Source: an uncultured Candidatus Saccharibacteria bacterium
GTDB taxonomy: Bacteria; Patescibacteriota; Saccharimonadia; Saccharimonadales; UBA4665
DNA: 64,000 bases
Reading direction: 5' to 3'
Assembly: GCA_964432725.1 (NCBI GenBank)
Contig: CAYSOP010000002.1
Location: 44,354 to 108,353, forward strand
Positions 1-9,274 of this stretch are shown here, in pieces. The position numbers were made by a program, and so were the translations under genes. Every line of letters begins with the position of its first letter. Positions within the stretch are counted from its first letter, which is position 1. Below the pieces are notes generated by a model. It had not been told where the DNA came from. It was given only the letters and a program-made list of their open reading frames with translations, and searched no databases.

Positions 1-23
1 ATCTGCTTCGGTTACGATCATTG

Positions 24-590
24 CTATTCCTTTACGCGCTCGCGGTATGCACCGGTTGCAGTGTCCACCGATATAAGGTCGCCGGTTTTTACAAATGCGG
101 GCACCCGGATGGTTATACCGGTTTCGAGGGTAGCGTCTTTAGTAACTGCATTCGCGGTGTCGCCCTTTACTACGCTTTCGGCGTAGGTAACTTTGAGCGG
201 TACGTTTTTTGGTAGTTCGACATTAATGGGGCGGCCGTCAAAAAACTGCAGCTGCAAACGGTCGCCTTCTTTTATGTAGCCAGCGCCATCGCCCACTAAG
301 TCGGCGGGTACCTCGAACTGCTCAAAGGTGTCTTCGTTCATAAAGTAGAACGTGTTGCCGTCGCTGTACAGATACTGTACGTTTTGGGTATTTACGTCGG
401 CAGTGTCGAGCTGTTCGTTGCCCTTAAAGGTTTTTTCTAGCACCTTGCCGTCAAGCAAACTTTTGATGCGGACGTTTACAATAGAACCGCCGCGGCCCAT
501 AACCTTTTGGTTATAATCGACCACGCGGTATGGTACGCCATCGTATTGAAAGATAACGCCTTTTTTAAGATTGGTAATACTTAGTGCCAT
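24..590 (-). CDS. efp: elongation factor P
   Basis: 188-aa ORF. The N-terminus 'GVIFQYDGVPYRVVDYNQKVMGRGGSIVNVRIKSL' and overall length match the EF-P pattern. Confidence 0.9.
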   Translation of the reverse strand: MALSITNLKKGVIFQYDGVPYRVVDYNQKVMGRGGSIVNVRIKSLLDGKVLEKTFKGNEQLDTADVNTQNVQYLYSDGNTFYFMNEDTFEQFEVPADLVGDGAGYIKEGDRLQLQFFDGRPINVELPKNVPLKVTYAESVVKGDTANAVTKDATLETGITIRVPAFVKTGDLISVDTATGAYRERVKE

Positions 591-592
591 TA

Positions 593-925
593 TTACTCCT
601 TCAGTTCTGCCATAAGTTGCTCTATATGAGCAGATATAATTGCCATGTCTGCCGCACCAAATACCCCGTATTCACTGGCTTGTAGCAGTCGCTTCTGTAA
701 CAGCTGTAGCTGCTTGGTTACGGCTATGCCGTACGCTATCTGTTCTAACTTTGTTTCGGCCATGCCGTAATCACGGATGTCTAGCCGTATATCGCCAAGT
801 TGGCGCTTTATGGCACGCAAAAGATCGCGTTCAGGGGTTGGCAATGCATCTACATCTAAACTGGTTAGATTAGACTGCACCAGCCCTTGAATTGCTTTTG
901 CTAGTTCAAACGGTGATTGTGCCAC
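593..925 (-). CDS. hypothetical protein (110 aa, helical)
   Basis: ORF packed 2 nt upstream of efp on the same strand. No recognisable motif. Confidence 0.5.
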   Translation of the reverse strand: MAQSPFELAKAIQGLVQSNLTSLDVDALPTPERDLLRAIKRQLGDIRLDIRDYGMAETKLEQIAYGIAVTKQLQLLQKRLLQASEYGVFGAADMAIISAHIEQLMAELKE

Positions 926-937
926 CCTGTTTACCCT

Positions 938-1141
938 CTAGTTATTTGCTACGAATGGCAGTAGTGCGATGTGCCGAGCGCGCTTAATAGCAGTACTTAA
1001 ACGGCGCTGCTGACTTTCGGTTAGGCCCGTCTTTTTGCGGGTTTCGATTTGACCGTACATGTTTACAAAGCGCTGCAAGGTTTTAACATCCTTGTAGTCA
1101 AAGTAAGGTACGTCTGTTTTGTGCTTAAAAATCTTTGCCAT
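938..1141 (-). CDS. rpsR: 30S ribosomal protein bS18
   Basis: 67 aa. 'YFDYKDVKTLQRFVNMYGQIETRKKTGL...QRRLSTAIKRARHIALLPF' is the classic S18 signature. Lies in rpsF-ssb-rpsR synteny. Confidence 0.9.
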   Translation of the reverse strand: MAKIFKHKTDVPYFDYKDVKTLQRFVNMYGQIETRKKTGLTESQQRRLSTAIKRARHIALLPFVANN

Positions 1142-1171
1142 AATGGCTAATCTCCTATGGAATTAATATTA

Positions 1172-1199
1172 CTGGATCCTGAATCAAGTTCAGGATGAC
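1172..1199 (-). repeat. GTCAT...CCAG hairpin repeat, copy H1
   Basis: The minus strand reads GTCATCCTGAACTTGATTCAGGATCCAG (9-bp stem ATCCTGAA./.TTCAGGAT). Lies between ssb and rpsR. Near-identical to 23324-23351. Confidence 0.8.
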
Positions 1200-1205
1200 A
1201 GAGGT

Positions 1206-1712
1206 TTAGAATGGGATGTCGTCGAGGTTGATGGGTTCGTCGCCGATGTCTTCTACGACGTCGTCTTTCTTCTTGGAGGCCGGACGGTTAGAGCTGGATG
1301 AGCCGCCGCCGCCAGTGCCGCTGCCTGCGCCACGTTCGGCATAATTGCCGCCATCGTTGCCCCCAGTGCCACCGCCTTCGCCGCGACTGTCTACAAACGT
1401 TACGTCGCTGGCCAGTACTTCTACCTTGTTGCGCTTTTGTCCGTCTTGTTCCCAGCTGCGGCTTTGGATGCGACCCTGCACCAAGGCCCTGCGGCCTTTA
1501 GCTAGGTATTGGCTGACGCGTTCTGCTAGTGGCCCCCACGTCACGCAATCGATATAATCGGTTGCTTCTTGCCATTCACCGTTTTGCGCTTTGTAGGCAC
1601 GGTTCAGTGCCAAGCTAAAGCTGCAAACGCTTTGGCCGGTCGGCGTCTGGCGCAGTTCCGGATCCCGAGTTAAATTCCCCATTAGTATGACTTGGTTAAC
1701 ACTTCGTGCCAC
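1206..1712 (-). CDS. ssb: single-stranded DNA-binding protein
   Basis: OB-fold N-terminus 'VNQVILMGNLTRDPELRQTPTGQSVCSFSLA', Gly-rich linker and acidic tip 'DDIPF'. Confidence 0.9.
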   Translation of the reverse strand: MARSVNQVILMGNLTRDPELRQTPTGQSVCSFSLALNRAYKAQNGEWQEATDYIDCVTWGPLAERVSQYLAKGRRALVQGRIQSRSWEQDGQKRNKVEVLASDVTFVDSRGEGGGTGGNDGGNYAERGAGSGTGGGGSSSSNRPASKKKDDVVEDIGDEPINLDDIPF

Positions 1713-1768
1713 GGTCGTACTCCCTCTTTCTTTAGGCTACGGTAATCACCGCACGCCTGCTTAATTAA

Positions 1769-2155
1769 CTACTCTTCTTCAGATTTTTCGTCGTCGGATG
1801 TGGCAGATTCGCCACGCTCAGCTGCTTTTTTGGCTTTTTCGGCCTTAAGCGCTTCTGCTTTGGCAATTGCCTTGAGGTCTGGACGAGTAATCAAGAAACG
1901 GATTACTTCGTCGGTAATGTTCAGGGTTGCCTCTATTTTGCGAACGCTTTCGCCGGGAAGGTCGAGTGTGTAAAACACGTACACGGCTGATTCGTTCTTT
2001 TTAACCGGGTATGCCAGCTTGCGCTTGCCCCAGTTGTCTACGTTGGTTACTTTACCACCGTTGTCGGTAAAGATTTTTTCGACCTTAGTGGTCGCTTTGT
2101 CCAGGTCTATTTCTAGGTCTGGGTGGTACAGTACAGCTATTTCGTACTGGTTCAT
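1769..2155 (-). CDS. rpsF: 30S ribosomal protein bS6
   Basis: 'MNQYEIAVLYHPDLE...' is an S6-like N-terminus. Start moved to the ATG at 2155, which sits behind a GGAGGA SD (2161-2166). Acidic C-terminal tail. Confidence 0.85.
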   Translation of the reverse strand: MNQYEIAVLYHPDLEIDLDKATTKVEKIFTDNGGKVTNVDNWGKRKLAYPVKKNESAVYVFYTLDLPGESVRKIEATLNITDEVIRFLITRPDLKAIAKAEALKAEKAKKAAERGESATSDDEKSEEE

Positions 2156-2239
2156 ATGGTTCCTCCTACGGACTCGCCCGTTTGACGGGTACGAGGTATG
2201 CAAATTTCTTCACACACAGGTTACTTAATAACAGAGGTA

Positions 2240-2268
2240 ATTGTACTATAAATAGCACTTAAATGCAA
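2240..2268 (-). promoter_or_regulatory. candidate sigma-70 promoter of rpsF-ssb-rpsR
   Basis: The minus strand reads TTGCAT, a 17-nt spacer, then TACAAT. A leader of about 80 nt follows, containing a CCCGU-CAA-ACGGG hairpin just before the SD. Confidence 0.45.
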
Positions 2269-2274
2269 AGGCTG

Positions 2275-2907
2275 CTAGGACTCAATTTGAGGATGATTCG
2301 GTACAAGGGACTGTTGCACATCGTACACACTGTTGCGCCCTTGTGGATCTGTAGCTTCGCGTAGCTCGGTTGCACCCCATGTGGTAGATTCTATAATTTG
2401 TTCCATATGGCCCATTTCTAGGGGGCCAACCGGAAACGTATCGCGGTCCTGCGGAGCATCTTGGCCGGTTCGGGGGTCGAGTGTCATACGTACCACACGG
2501 TCGGGCTGCCCGCTTGCCAAACGTAATTCGGAATACACGGTTCGTGACATGTCCAGCTGTGGGCCGGCTGCGGGTTCAATTGCAAACCTATCGTTATGGT
2601 AGAGGCTACGAGCCACAGCGACACCAAACTGTCGGCCGTCATCTGTCGTTACGATGCCTGTCTTAAATAATTCACGTCCTTGCACGTTACGTAAAGCTTC
2701 GGTTTCGACATCACTAATAACGCCGGATACAGCGTCGGCAAAACGTTCCCCTACTTTCTTACCAGTTGCGATCTCTCGCGTGACTTGTTGCCCAACAAGC
2801 CGAGCACCAATACTTTCAACCAACGTTTGGTCTGGTTGGCGTCGAGCCACCTCGGCGCCAGAGGTCTCTGGCTTAGGATCGCCGCTTTGGCCAGAGTATG
2901 CATTCAT
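2275..2907 (-). CDS. hypothetical protein (210 aa)
   Basis: Long ORF in the gene-dense minus-strand array. No recognisable motif. Confidence 0.55.
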   Translation of the reverse strand: MNAYSGQSGDPKPETSGAEVARRQPDQTLVESIGARLVGQQVTREIATGKKVGERFADAVSGVISDVETEALRNVQGRELFKTGIVTTDDGRQFGVAVARSLYHNDRFAIEPAAGPQLDMSRTVYSELRLASGQPDRVVRMTLDPRTGQDAPQDRDTFPVGPLEMGHMEQIIESTTWGATELREATDPQGRNSVYDVQQSLVPNHPQIES

Positions 2908-2947
2908 AAATAAACATTAGCATAATATTTACTTTTATTCAATATAG

Positions 2948-5125
2948 TTACACGGCAGGAGTCTCGTCAGCGGGCGCTTCGGCGCCACCGCCAAACACTT
3001 CGTCTAACGAGCTAACCAGTACTTCGCGTGGGCGGGCACCGTCCGCGGGGCCAACAATACCCTGTTCTTCCATGGTTTCGATCAGTCGGGCGGCGCGGCC
3101 GTAGCCAATACGTAAACGGCGCTGCAACAAACTGGTGCTGGCCTTACGGCCTTCTATGACGACGCGCACGGCGTCGCGCAGCATGTCGTCGTCCGCATCG
3201 CCGCCGCCACTCATGTCGGCTACTACCCCGCCCTTGCCGTTAAGCTGTACGGGCTGACTAATAATTTCGGCGTCGTACTGTGGTGGCCGCTGCATACGGA
3301 TAAAGTCGGTAACTTTGTTGGTTTCTGGGTCGTCAATAAAGGCACCCTGCACACGCTTTGGTTTAGGCATATCGGCGGTAAGTAACAACATGTCGCCTTG
3401 CCCCAGCAACTTTTCTGACCCAATTTGGTCAATAATGGTTCGTGAGTCTATTTGGCTGGCGGTGGTAAATGCTATACGAGCCGGTACATTTGCTTTAATA
3501 AGGCCGGTAATAACATCTACCGACGGTCGCTGTGTAGCTAGTACCAGGTGAATACCAACAGCACGGGCCTTTTGGGCAATGCGCACAATTAAGGCTTCTA
3601 CGTCGCGGGCGGCCATCATCATAAGGTCGGCAAGCTCGTCTATAACAATTACAATGTAGGGCATACCCTCTTCTTTTTTGACGTTGTTATATTCGGCAAT
3701 GTTACGATGCCCCGCCTCGGCCAGCGCCTTGTAACGCCGCTCCATTTCGGCTACCGCCCATTTTAGGGCACTAATACATTTTTCGGGTTCGGTAATAACC
3801 GGCGTTAACAGATGTGGGATGTCGTCGTAGGGTTTTAGTTCTACCTGCTTGGGGTCAACCAAAATAAGTTTAAGGTCGGCCGGACTGTTGCGGTACAGTA
3901 AGCTGGTAAGAATGGTGTTGATCATAACTGACTTACCAGAACCAGTCTGACCAGCAACCAGCAAGTGAGGCATTTTATCTAATGCTGCGACCACTGGTTT
4001 ACCGGCAATGTCGCGCCCAATGGCAAACCCAAGCGGGCTTTTCATGCCCGACCAATCACTGGATTCTAAGATAGAACGCAGCCGCACCGTAGCCGACTTA
4101 ACATTTGGCACTTCGATACCCACTGCACGCTTGCCCGGAATAGGCGCTTCCATACGAATGGAATGTGCCGCTAGGTCGAGCGCCAGGTTGTTTTCGAGTG
4201 CGGTGATCTTGGTAAGCTTTACATTAGCGGGCGGTTTTAGGGTGTACTGGGTAACGCGCGGTCCCACGTTTGCCCCTTCCATCTCGACCTCTATATTAAA
4301 GTTAGAGAACGTTTCGCGGATAGTTTGGGCGTTACCATTTACGTCGCCGGCATCGGCTTTATCTTGCTTTTGGTCTAACAGGTTAAAACCCGGGAATTGC
4401 CAATTGGGGTCGTTTGCAGTTGTAAGCGCTGCGTGATCTACGGCAGGTGGAGCCTTTTCGGCACTATTTTTAAGGCCAGCAAAACGGCCACCAGAAGCGT
4501 GGTGTTCTACTGGTACGCTTTCGTTTACCTTAAAGCCGCTGGCTTCGGCGCGGGCCCGTAGTTCGCCAAGTTCGCTGCCCTGTTCGCGTTCAGGGCGCTT
4601 AAACAAACTGGCAATAAATAGCACCACTTCTTTGGGCGATATACCAAATGCAAAAAAGACAGCCAGTGCCGTAAGCACTGCAAACAGTAATGACGCCGGA
4701 AACGTATCCAGCGCTGTCAATATTGCCGTACCCAGCAGCTCGCCCAATTTGCCGCCATGCCCGCCTACCCAGGGCGCTGACTCGCTAGCCTTAGACGCGA
4801 ACGCCGTAAATAGCCAGCCAGACGCAAAAATAACAATGCTAAAAATACTAATAAGCTTGCCAAACGATATGTGGTGGTCTTCGCTCTTAAATTTTTGGAC
4901 GCCCCAATATATAAATGCCATCGGCACGAGGTATGCAGCCCAACCTACTGTGGCGTATGCGCCGTTAAACATATTTGTAGGCAGCGGCCCGCCAGTGCCA
5001 AAACCACCAAGCAGCAAAAAGAGCGCCGCTACAATAAGTAAAATAGCGCCAGCAAGCGGCCAAAACGGTGATCGTACCGCGGGCTCTTCTTTTTTACTGC
5101 TTTTCCGTTTTTTCTTTTTGGCCAT
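2948..5125 (-). CDS. ftsK: DNA translocase FtsK/SpoIIIE
   Basis: N-terminal TM segments, Walker A 'GQTGSGKS', Walker B 'IVIDELADLMM', and C-terminal gamma winged helix 'LLQRRLRIGYGRAARLIETMEEQGIVG'. Confidence 0.9.
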   Translation of the reverse strand: MAKKKKRKSSKKEEPAVRSPFWPLAGAILLIVAALFLLLGGFGTGGPLPTNMFNGAYATVGWAAYLVPMAFIYWGVQKFKSEDHHISFGKLISIFSIVIFASGWLFTAFASKASESAPWVGGHGGKLGELLGTAILTALDTFPASLLFAVLTALAVFFAFGISPKEVVLFIASLFKRPEREQGSELGELRARAEASGFKVNESVPVEHHASGGRFAGLKNSAEKAPPAVDHAALTTANDPNWQFPGFNLLDQKQDKADAGDVNGNAQTIRETFSNFNIEVEMEGANVGPRVTQYTLKPPANVKLTKITALENNLALDLAAHSIRMEAPIPGKRAVGIEVPNVKSATVRLRSILESSDWSGMKSPLGFAIGRDIAGKPVVAALDKMPHLLVAGQTGSGKSVMINTILTSLLYRNSPADLKLILVDPKQVELKPYDDIPHLLTPVITEPEKCISALKWAVAEMERRYKALAEAGHRNIAEYNNVKKEEGMPYIVIVIDELADLMMMAARDVEALIVRIAQKARAVGIHLVLATQRPSVDVITGLIKANVPARIAFTTASQIDSRTIIDQIGSEKLLGQGDMLLLTADMPKPKRVQGAFIDDPETNKVTDFIRMQRPPQYDAEIISQPVQLNGKGGVVADMSGGGDADDDMLRDAVRVVIEGRKASTSLLQRRLRIGYGRAARLIETMEEQGIVGPADGARPREVLVSSLDEVFGGGAEAPADETPAV

Positions 5126-5169
5126 ACCGTTTCTATTATATAACAGTTTTTAGCACAAGGGGTAAGGGA

Positions 5170-6207
5170 CTAGTGGTTTATGGGGTACTTGGCAAATAAT
5201 GACTGCTGGCGCTGGCGCGCTTGCCACTCTGGATCGGCGTAGGTACCTGCCTTACTGCCCTCCCAGGGGTCATCAGCGTCTATACGCTGTGGGTTAAATT
5301 CTACAATGATGCCGTTTGGATTGTCGAGGTCTCCGACATTTAACTGGCCGCCATACCTGTTCATTTGCAGTTCAAGGCCGCCGCGTAACGACGCATTCGC
5401 ATTGGTAATATCGAAATACGTCTCACTGTTAGGGTCGTAGTCACGTAATGTACGGTTAGACGGAACACGTACCCCAGGCATGGGATGGTCTGGGCTAATT
5501 ACATAGCGCGGGTTAGTATCGTTTAAATGGACAGTCCCTTCCCACGCATTGGCCACTCCTTTGTGATCCTTCGTTTCGTACGACGTGCGCATTGTCTGTA
5601 GTTGCGAAGGAGTTAAGATATAGTAGTTTCCCTGCTTATTGCCGCGGGCGTCGTAGGTGCTATCGTCAAAGCAAAGCAATGGTTCGGCTGATCCACTGTA
5701 GTGCACCACCCCCTGTAACTGGCCAACGTTAACACCGTACTCTTCCTGAACCTCACTGCGAGTCTTCACTGGTTTTTGGGCATCTAATTGCATCGACGTA
5801 CCTTTTAACATCACAAGCTCAGTACGGTTGTGAGCTTCTTCGATTTTTTCAGCAACGGTTGGTGCTGGAACTCTAGCCACTCCAACAGCCTTCGGCTGGT
5901 CTGGTACTATCTGCGCTTTTGGCGCCTGCTGGGTGCGCTGAGCACCCTTGCCGGTTATATGACGGCCCAGAAGTTTCGAGCTTGCAGCTGCAACTCTTTG
6001 CAATCGACTGGCGCCGGGGCGTGTTTCTGGGTGTGGACGTTCTGGGGCGTGCGTAGGGGCAATAGTACCCGACTTTTCAACAGCCAGGGCGCCAAATCTA
6101 CGACCATATCCATGCCGAGGCTGATGACGTAGTCTACTCAGTCTATCAAGTACCGATAGCTGTCCGTTATTGTGACTAGTTGGAGTTTGTTGTGTATGTC
6201 GACCCAT
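5170..6207 (-). CDS. hypothetical protein (basic disordered N-terminus, ~200-aa C-terminal domain)
   Basis: 345-aa ORF with no clear SD at 6207, so the true start may be internal. Confidence 0.5.
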   Translation of the reverse strand: MGRHTQQTPTSHNNGQLSVLDRLSRLRHQPRHGYGRRFGALAVEKSGTIAPTHAPERPHPETRPGASRLQRVAAASSKLLGRHITGKGAQRTQQAPKAQIVPDQPKAVGVARVPAPTVAEKIEEAHNRTELVMLKGTSMQLDAQKPVKTRSEVQEEYGVNVGQLQGVVHYSGSAEPLLCFDDSTYDARGNKQGNYYILTPSQLQTMRTSYETKDHKGVANAWEGTVHLNDTNPRYVISPDHPMPGVRVPSNRTLRDYDPNSETYFDITNANASLRGGLELQMNRYGGQLNVGDLDNPNGIIVEFNPQRIDADDPWEGSKAGTYADPEWQARQRQQSLFAKYPINH

Positions 6208-6298
6208 GGGTAGCTGTGTTTTTTAATTTACAGCTATACACTAACACACTATTGCTTATCGGTCAATATGCTGGCACGTTACATAAGCGGGTCGGAAC

Positions 6299-8446
6299 CT
6301 AGTCTACGCGGGCATCCTGCCCCAGTAAACGTTCGCGCATACGCTGGAAACGTGCTTGCTGTTCTGCTGCTTGTTCCTCGGGCGTTTTTTCAGGTTGGCC
6401 ATTGCTGCTGCCGGCCTCGTGAGTGCTTGGGTTGGCGTTAGTATTGCCAGTATTACTATTACTGGGCTTGCCCTCACCCTTACCGCCGCCACCTATGACG
6501 TTTACTACTGGTATAACAATCGGGCTGCGCTGGGTTTGTTCGAACAAGTAATGAGTAATGTGGTCTTTAAGCTCTACCTTAAACCGGTCTAGGTCTACCC
6601 GCTTAAAGCGCTGGCCGACTGCACGACGCAGTTCGGCACGTAGGCCGTTCATCAGGTCTTCGTTATCGCGCATGTATATAAAGCCGCGACTAATAATGTC
6701 TGGGCTGGTTAGTAAGTTGCCGTTCTTTTTGTCGACAGTCAGTACCACTGCCACTATGCCCTCTTCGGCCATCAGTACGCGGTCTTTAACGACCACACTG
6801 TTGACCATTGAACCTGTTTGGTCAACCAAAATGGTACCATGGGGCACTTGGCCGATTACTTCCATTGTGTCAGGCGTAAACGCTACTACCTCACCGTTGT
6901 CGATGTTAAGCGTATTCTTACGGGGTATACCGTGTGCAACCGCAAGTTCTAGGTGATAGTGCTTAGATGTATAGGCGCCATAAATGGGTATAAAGAACTT
7001 AGGTTTTAGCATATCAATCATCTCGCCGTACTCATCTTGGCTGGCGTGGCCAGATACGTGCAGCGGACCGATGCCGTCAACCTCACGGTGGTCGTGACGG
7101 AATACATGCACGCCGGACCGTACCAGATTGTCTACCATAGCGCCGATAAGCTTGTCGTTACCAGTTTCCGGGATAGGCGTAGCCGACAAAATAACCGTGT
7201 CTTGCGGTTTTAGCTTTACGTATTTATGGTCGCCGTTACCCATGCGTTGCAAGGCAGAGCTTGGCTCGCCCTGGGCACCGGTGGACAAAACTACAATCTC
7301 GTCGTCGCGCAGGCTGCCAATGTTGGCAATAGGCACGAAGGTACCTTTAGGGATACGGATCATACCCAGTTTGACAGCCACTTCAAGGGTGCTCATCATG
7401 CTGCGGCCGTCCATAGCAATTTTGCGGCCATGCTGAGTGGCTGCGTTAACCAACATTTGAATACGGTTAATGTTACTAGAGAACAACGCTACGAATACGC
7501 GGCCCGGGGCATGACTGAACAACTCTACAAAAGTAGGTTCGATAGTGCTTTCGCTTGGTGTGCGGCCTGGGCGGTCGGCGGTGGTGCTTTCGCTTAATAG
7601 TGCCAATACGCCCTCGTCGCCAAGTTGCTTAAGCCGGTCGGTGTCGGTACGCTCGTGGTCGAGGGGGTTAGGGTCAAGCCTGAAGTCGCCGGTGTTAATG
7701 ATGCGGCCAGCGGGCGTATCTACCACAACAACCGTCGATCCTGGAATAGAGTGCGTCACCCGCACAAGTTCTACGAAGAATGGACCAACCTTAAGGCGTT
7801 CGTGGGTTTCTTCGTTCATAACGATGGTCTGTAATTCGTAACCTTCGGGCATTGGCTGGCCAAAATTCTCGAAGATTTTCTCGACCATACCAATAGTAAA
7901 GCGCGACCCATAAATAGGCGCGGGGAACCTGGGTGCAATATGCGGCAAGCCACCAATGTGGTCAAGGTGGCCATGGGTAATAACATAGCCGCGTAACTTG
8001 TGCTTAATAGATTCTAGGTACGCCGTGTCGGCGATACCGTAGTTAATGCCCGGTAGGTCAACACCAAGGTCGTTGCCGCAGTCTATAACAAGAGCGTCGT
8101 TTTGATATTCGACAAGGACCATGTTCTTAGACCCACCGCCGTTCATGCCTCCTAGGCCAATTACCTTAAGGCGCGGGCTGTCGTCTATAAAGTTAGCTCG
8201 GCGCTCGTCCACTGCCGGAGCGGCAGCGTACTGGTTGGCAATTTTTTGAGCGTCGGCCTGGGTACGCTTTTGGGCGCGCACGGCTGCACCTCTGGACACG
8301 CTAGCATTTTGCATCTTTAGTCCTGGCTGCTGGTTGCCCGAACGGTTACCGTTCTTTGGCTGGCCGTTCTGCCGATTATTAGGGCGTGGCGAGCGCTTGG
8401 GCTTGTCTTGCCCTGTTTGATTAGTGTTCGTTTGTTCTGGTTCCAT
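6299..8446 (-). CDS. rnj: ribonuclease J with low-complexity N- and C-terminal extensions
   Basis: Metallo-beta-lactamase motif 'ITHGHLDHIGG', beta-CASP-like core and 'HVSGHASQDE'. AAGGAA SD precedes the ATG. Confidence 0.85.
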   Translation of the reverse strand: MEPEQTNTNQTGQDKPKRSPRPNNRQNGQPKNGNRSGNQQPGLKMQNASVSRGAAVRAQKRTQADAQKIANQYAAAPAVDERRANFIDDSPRLKVIGLGGMNGGGSKNMVLVEYQNDALVIDCGNDLGVDLPGINYGIADTAYLESIKHKLRGYVITHGHLDHIGGLPHIAPRFPAPIYGSRFTIGMVEKIFENFGQPMPEGYELQTIVMNEETHERLKVGPFFVELVRVTHSIPGSTVVVVDTPAGRIINTGDFRLDPNPLDHERTDTDRLKQLGDEGVLALLSESTTADRPGRTPSESTIEPTFVELFSHAPGRVFVALFSSNINRIQMLVNAATQHGRKIAMDGRSMMSTLEVAVKLGMIRIPKGTFVPIANIGSLRDDEIVVLSTGAQGEPSSALQRMGNGDHKYVKLKPQDTVILSATPIPETGNDKLIGAMVDNLVRSGVHVFRHDHREVDGIGPLHVSGHASQDEYGEMIDMLKPKFFIPIYGAYTSKHYHLELAVAHGIPRKNTLNIDNGEVVAFTPDTMEVIGQVPHGTILVDQTGSMVNSVVVKDRVLMAEEGIVAVVLTVDKKNGNLLTSPDIISRGFIYMRDNEDLMNGLRAELRRAVGQRFKRVDLDRFKVELKDHITHYLFEQTQRSPIVIPVVNVIGGGGKGEGKPSNSNTGNTNANPSTHEAGSSNGQPEKTPEEQAAEQQARFQRMRERLLGQDARVD

Positions 8447-8493
8447 GTAATGGTTCCTTTCTCTGAGTTCAGTTAGAGATTAACGTTTAATAA

Positions 8494-9048
8494 TTACTTG
8501 ATTAGGGTATTGATGACTGCAAAGTCGTCAATAATTGTTTGGCGCTGGCTGCCATTGTATAGCGCTGCTGCCGGATGGTATAAGGGCAAAATTGTATAGC
8601 CCTGCCACTGTTGCGGCACACCGTGCACTTCGCCAATACGGGCTTCAGGCAGGAAACAGTTGGTACTATGCCGGCCCAGGGTCACGATTAACTGTGGCTG
8701 AATAACCTCAAGCTGAGCTGTTAAATATGGCAAAAACTCGGCTTTTTCTTCTGGACGAGGGTCACGGTTTTTGGGCGGGCGATATTTGAGGATGCTTGTT
8801 ATATATACATCCTGCCGCTCTAAACCAATCCCTGCAAGCAACTCGTCTAAAAACTTACCCGCGGCGCCTATAAAGGGGCGACCGGTAAGGTCTTCGTTTT
8901 TGCCAGGCGCTTCGCCTATGAAAATGATCTTGGCATCCGGACTGCCTTCGCCGAACACCATGTTGTTGGCCGTTTTGGCCAAATCTGGATTGACATTGTT
9001 TTTGACAATATCTGCCCTAATCTGGTCAAGTTGCGCCTGCTTATCCAC
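8494..9048 (-). CDS. uracil-DNA glycosylase, family 4
   Basis: 'IFIGEAPGKNEDLTGRPFIGAAGKFL' and 'LYHPAAALYN' motifs. I prefer the in-frame GTG at 9048, which sits behind GAAGGAAAGG; this removes the overlap with 9041-9274. The ORF track starts it at 9081. Confidence 0.8.
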   Translation of the reverse strand: MDKQAQLDQIRADIVKNNVNPDLAKTANNMVFGEGSPDAKIIFIGEAPGKNEDLTGRPFIGAAGKFLDELLAGIGLERQDVYITSILKYRPPKNRDPRPEEKAEFLPYLTAQLEVIQPQLIVTLGRHSTNCFLPEARIGEVHGVPQQWQGYTILPLYHPAAALYNGSQRQTIIDDFAVINTLIK

Positions 9049-9274
9049 GACCTTTCCTTCGGCCGCCGCGAATGGCCGCAAACGACTCTCTTACGCCAAT
9101 GACAATAAGTAATAAGGTAATGGCGTAGTCTAGCAAGCTGCCGCTGTTTATAGCGAGGCTGGCAAATACATATGCCAAGCCAAGCGCCAGCAAACCGAGC
9201 ACCGCCCGTACGGGGCGGCGCTCAGAAAACGCGCCGAGTTTATTCTTGAACGTCTTTTTTGCCTGCTGTTCCAT
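9041..9274 (-). CDS. small two-TM membrane protein (77 aa)
   Basis: Two hydrophobic helices ('AVLGLLALGLAYVFASLAI', 'AITLLLIVIGV'). The 5' end overlaps the pnp stop by 35 nt. Confidence 0.4.
   Translation of the reverse strand: MEQQAKKTFKNKLGAFSERRPVRAVLGLLALGLAYVFASLAINSGSLLDYAITLLLIVIGVRESFAAIRGGRRKGRG

Noticed and set aside
2156-2203. A 16-codon N-terminal extension of rpsF.
   Set aside because: S6 homology begins at 'MNQYE', that ATG has a GGAGGA SD, and the extension overlaps the leader hairpin.
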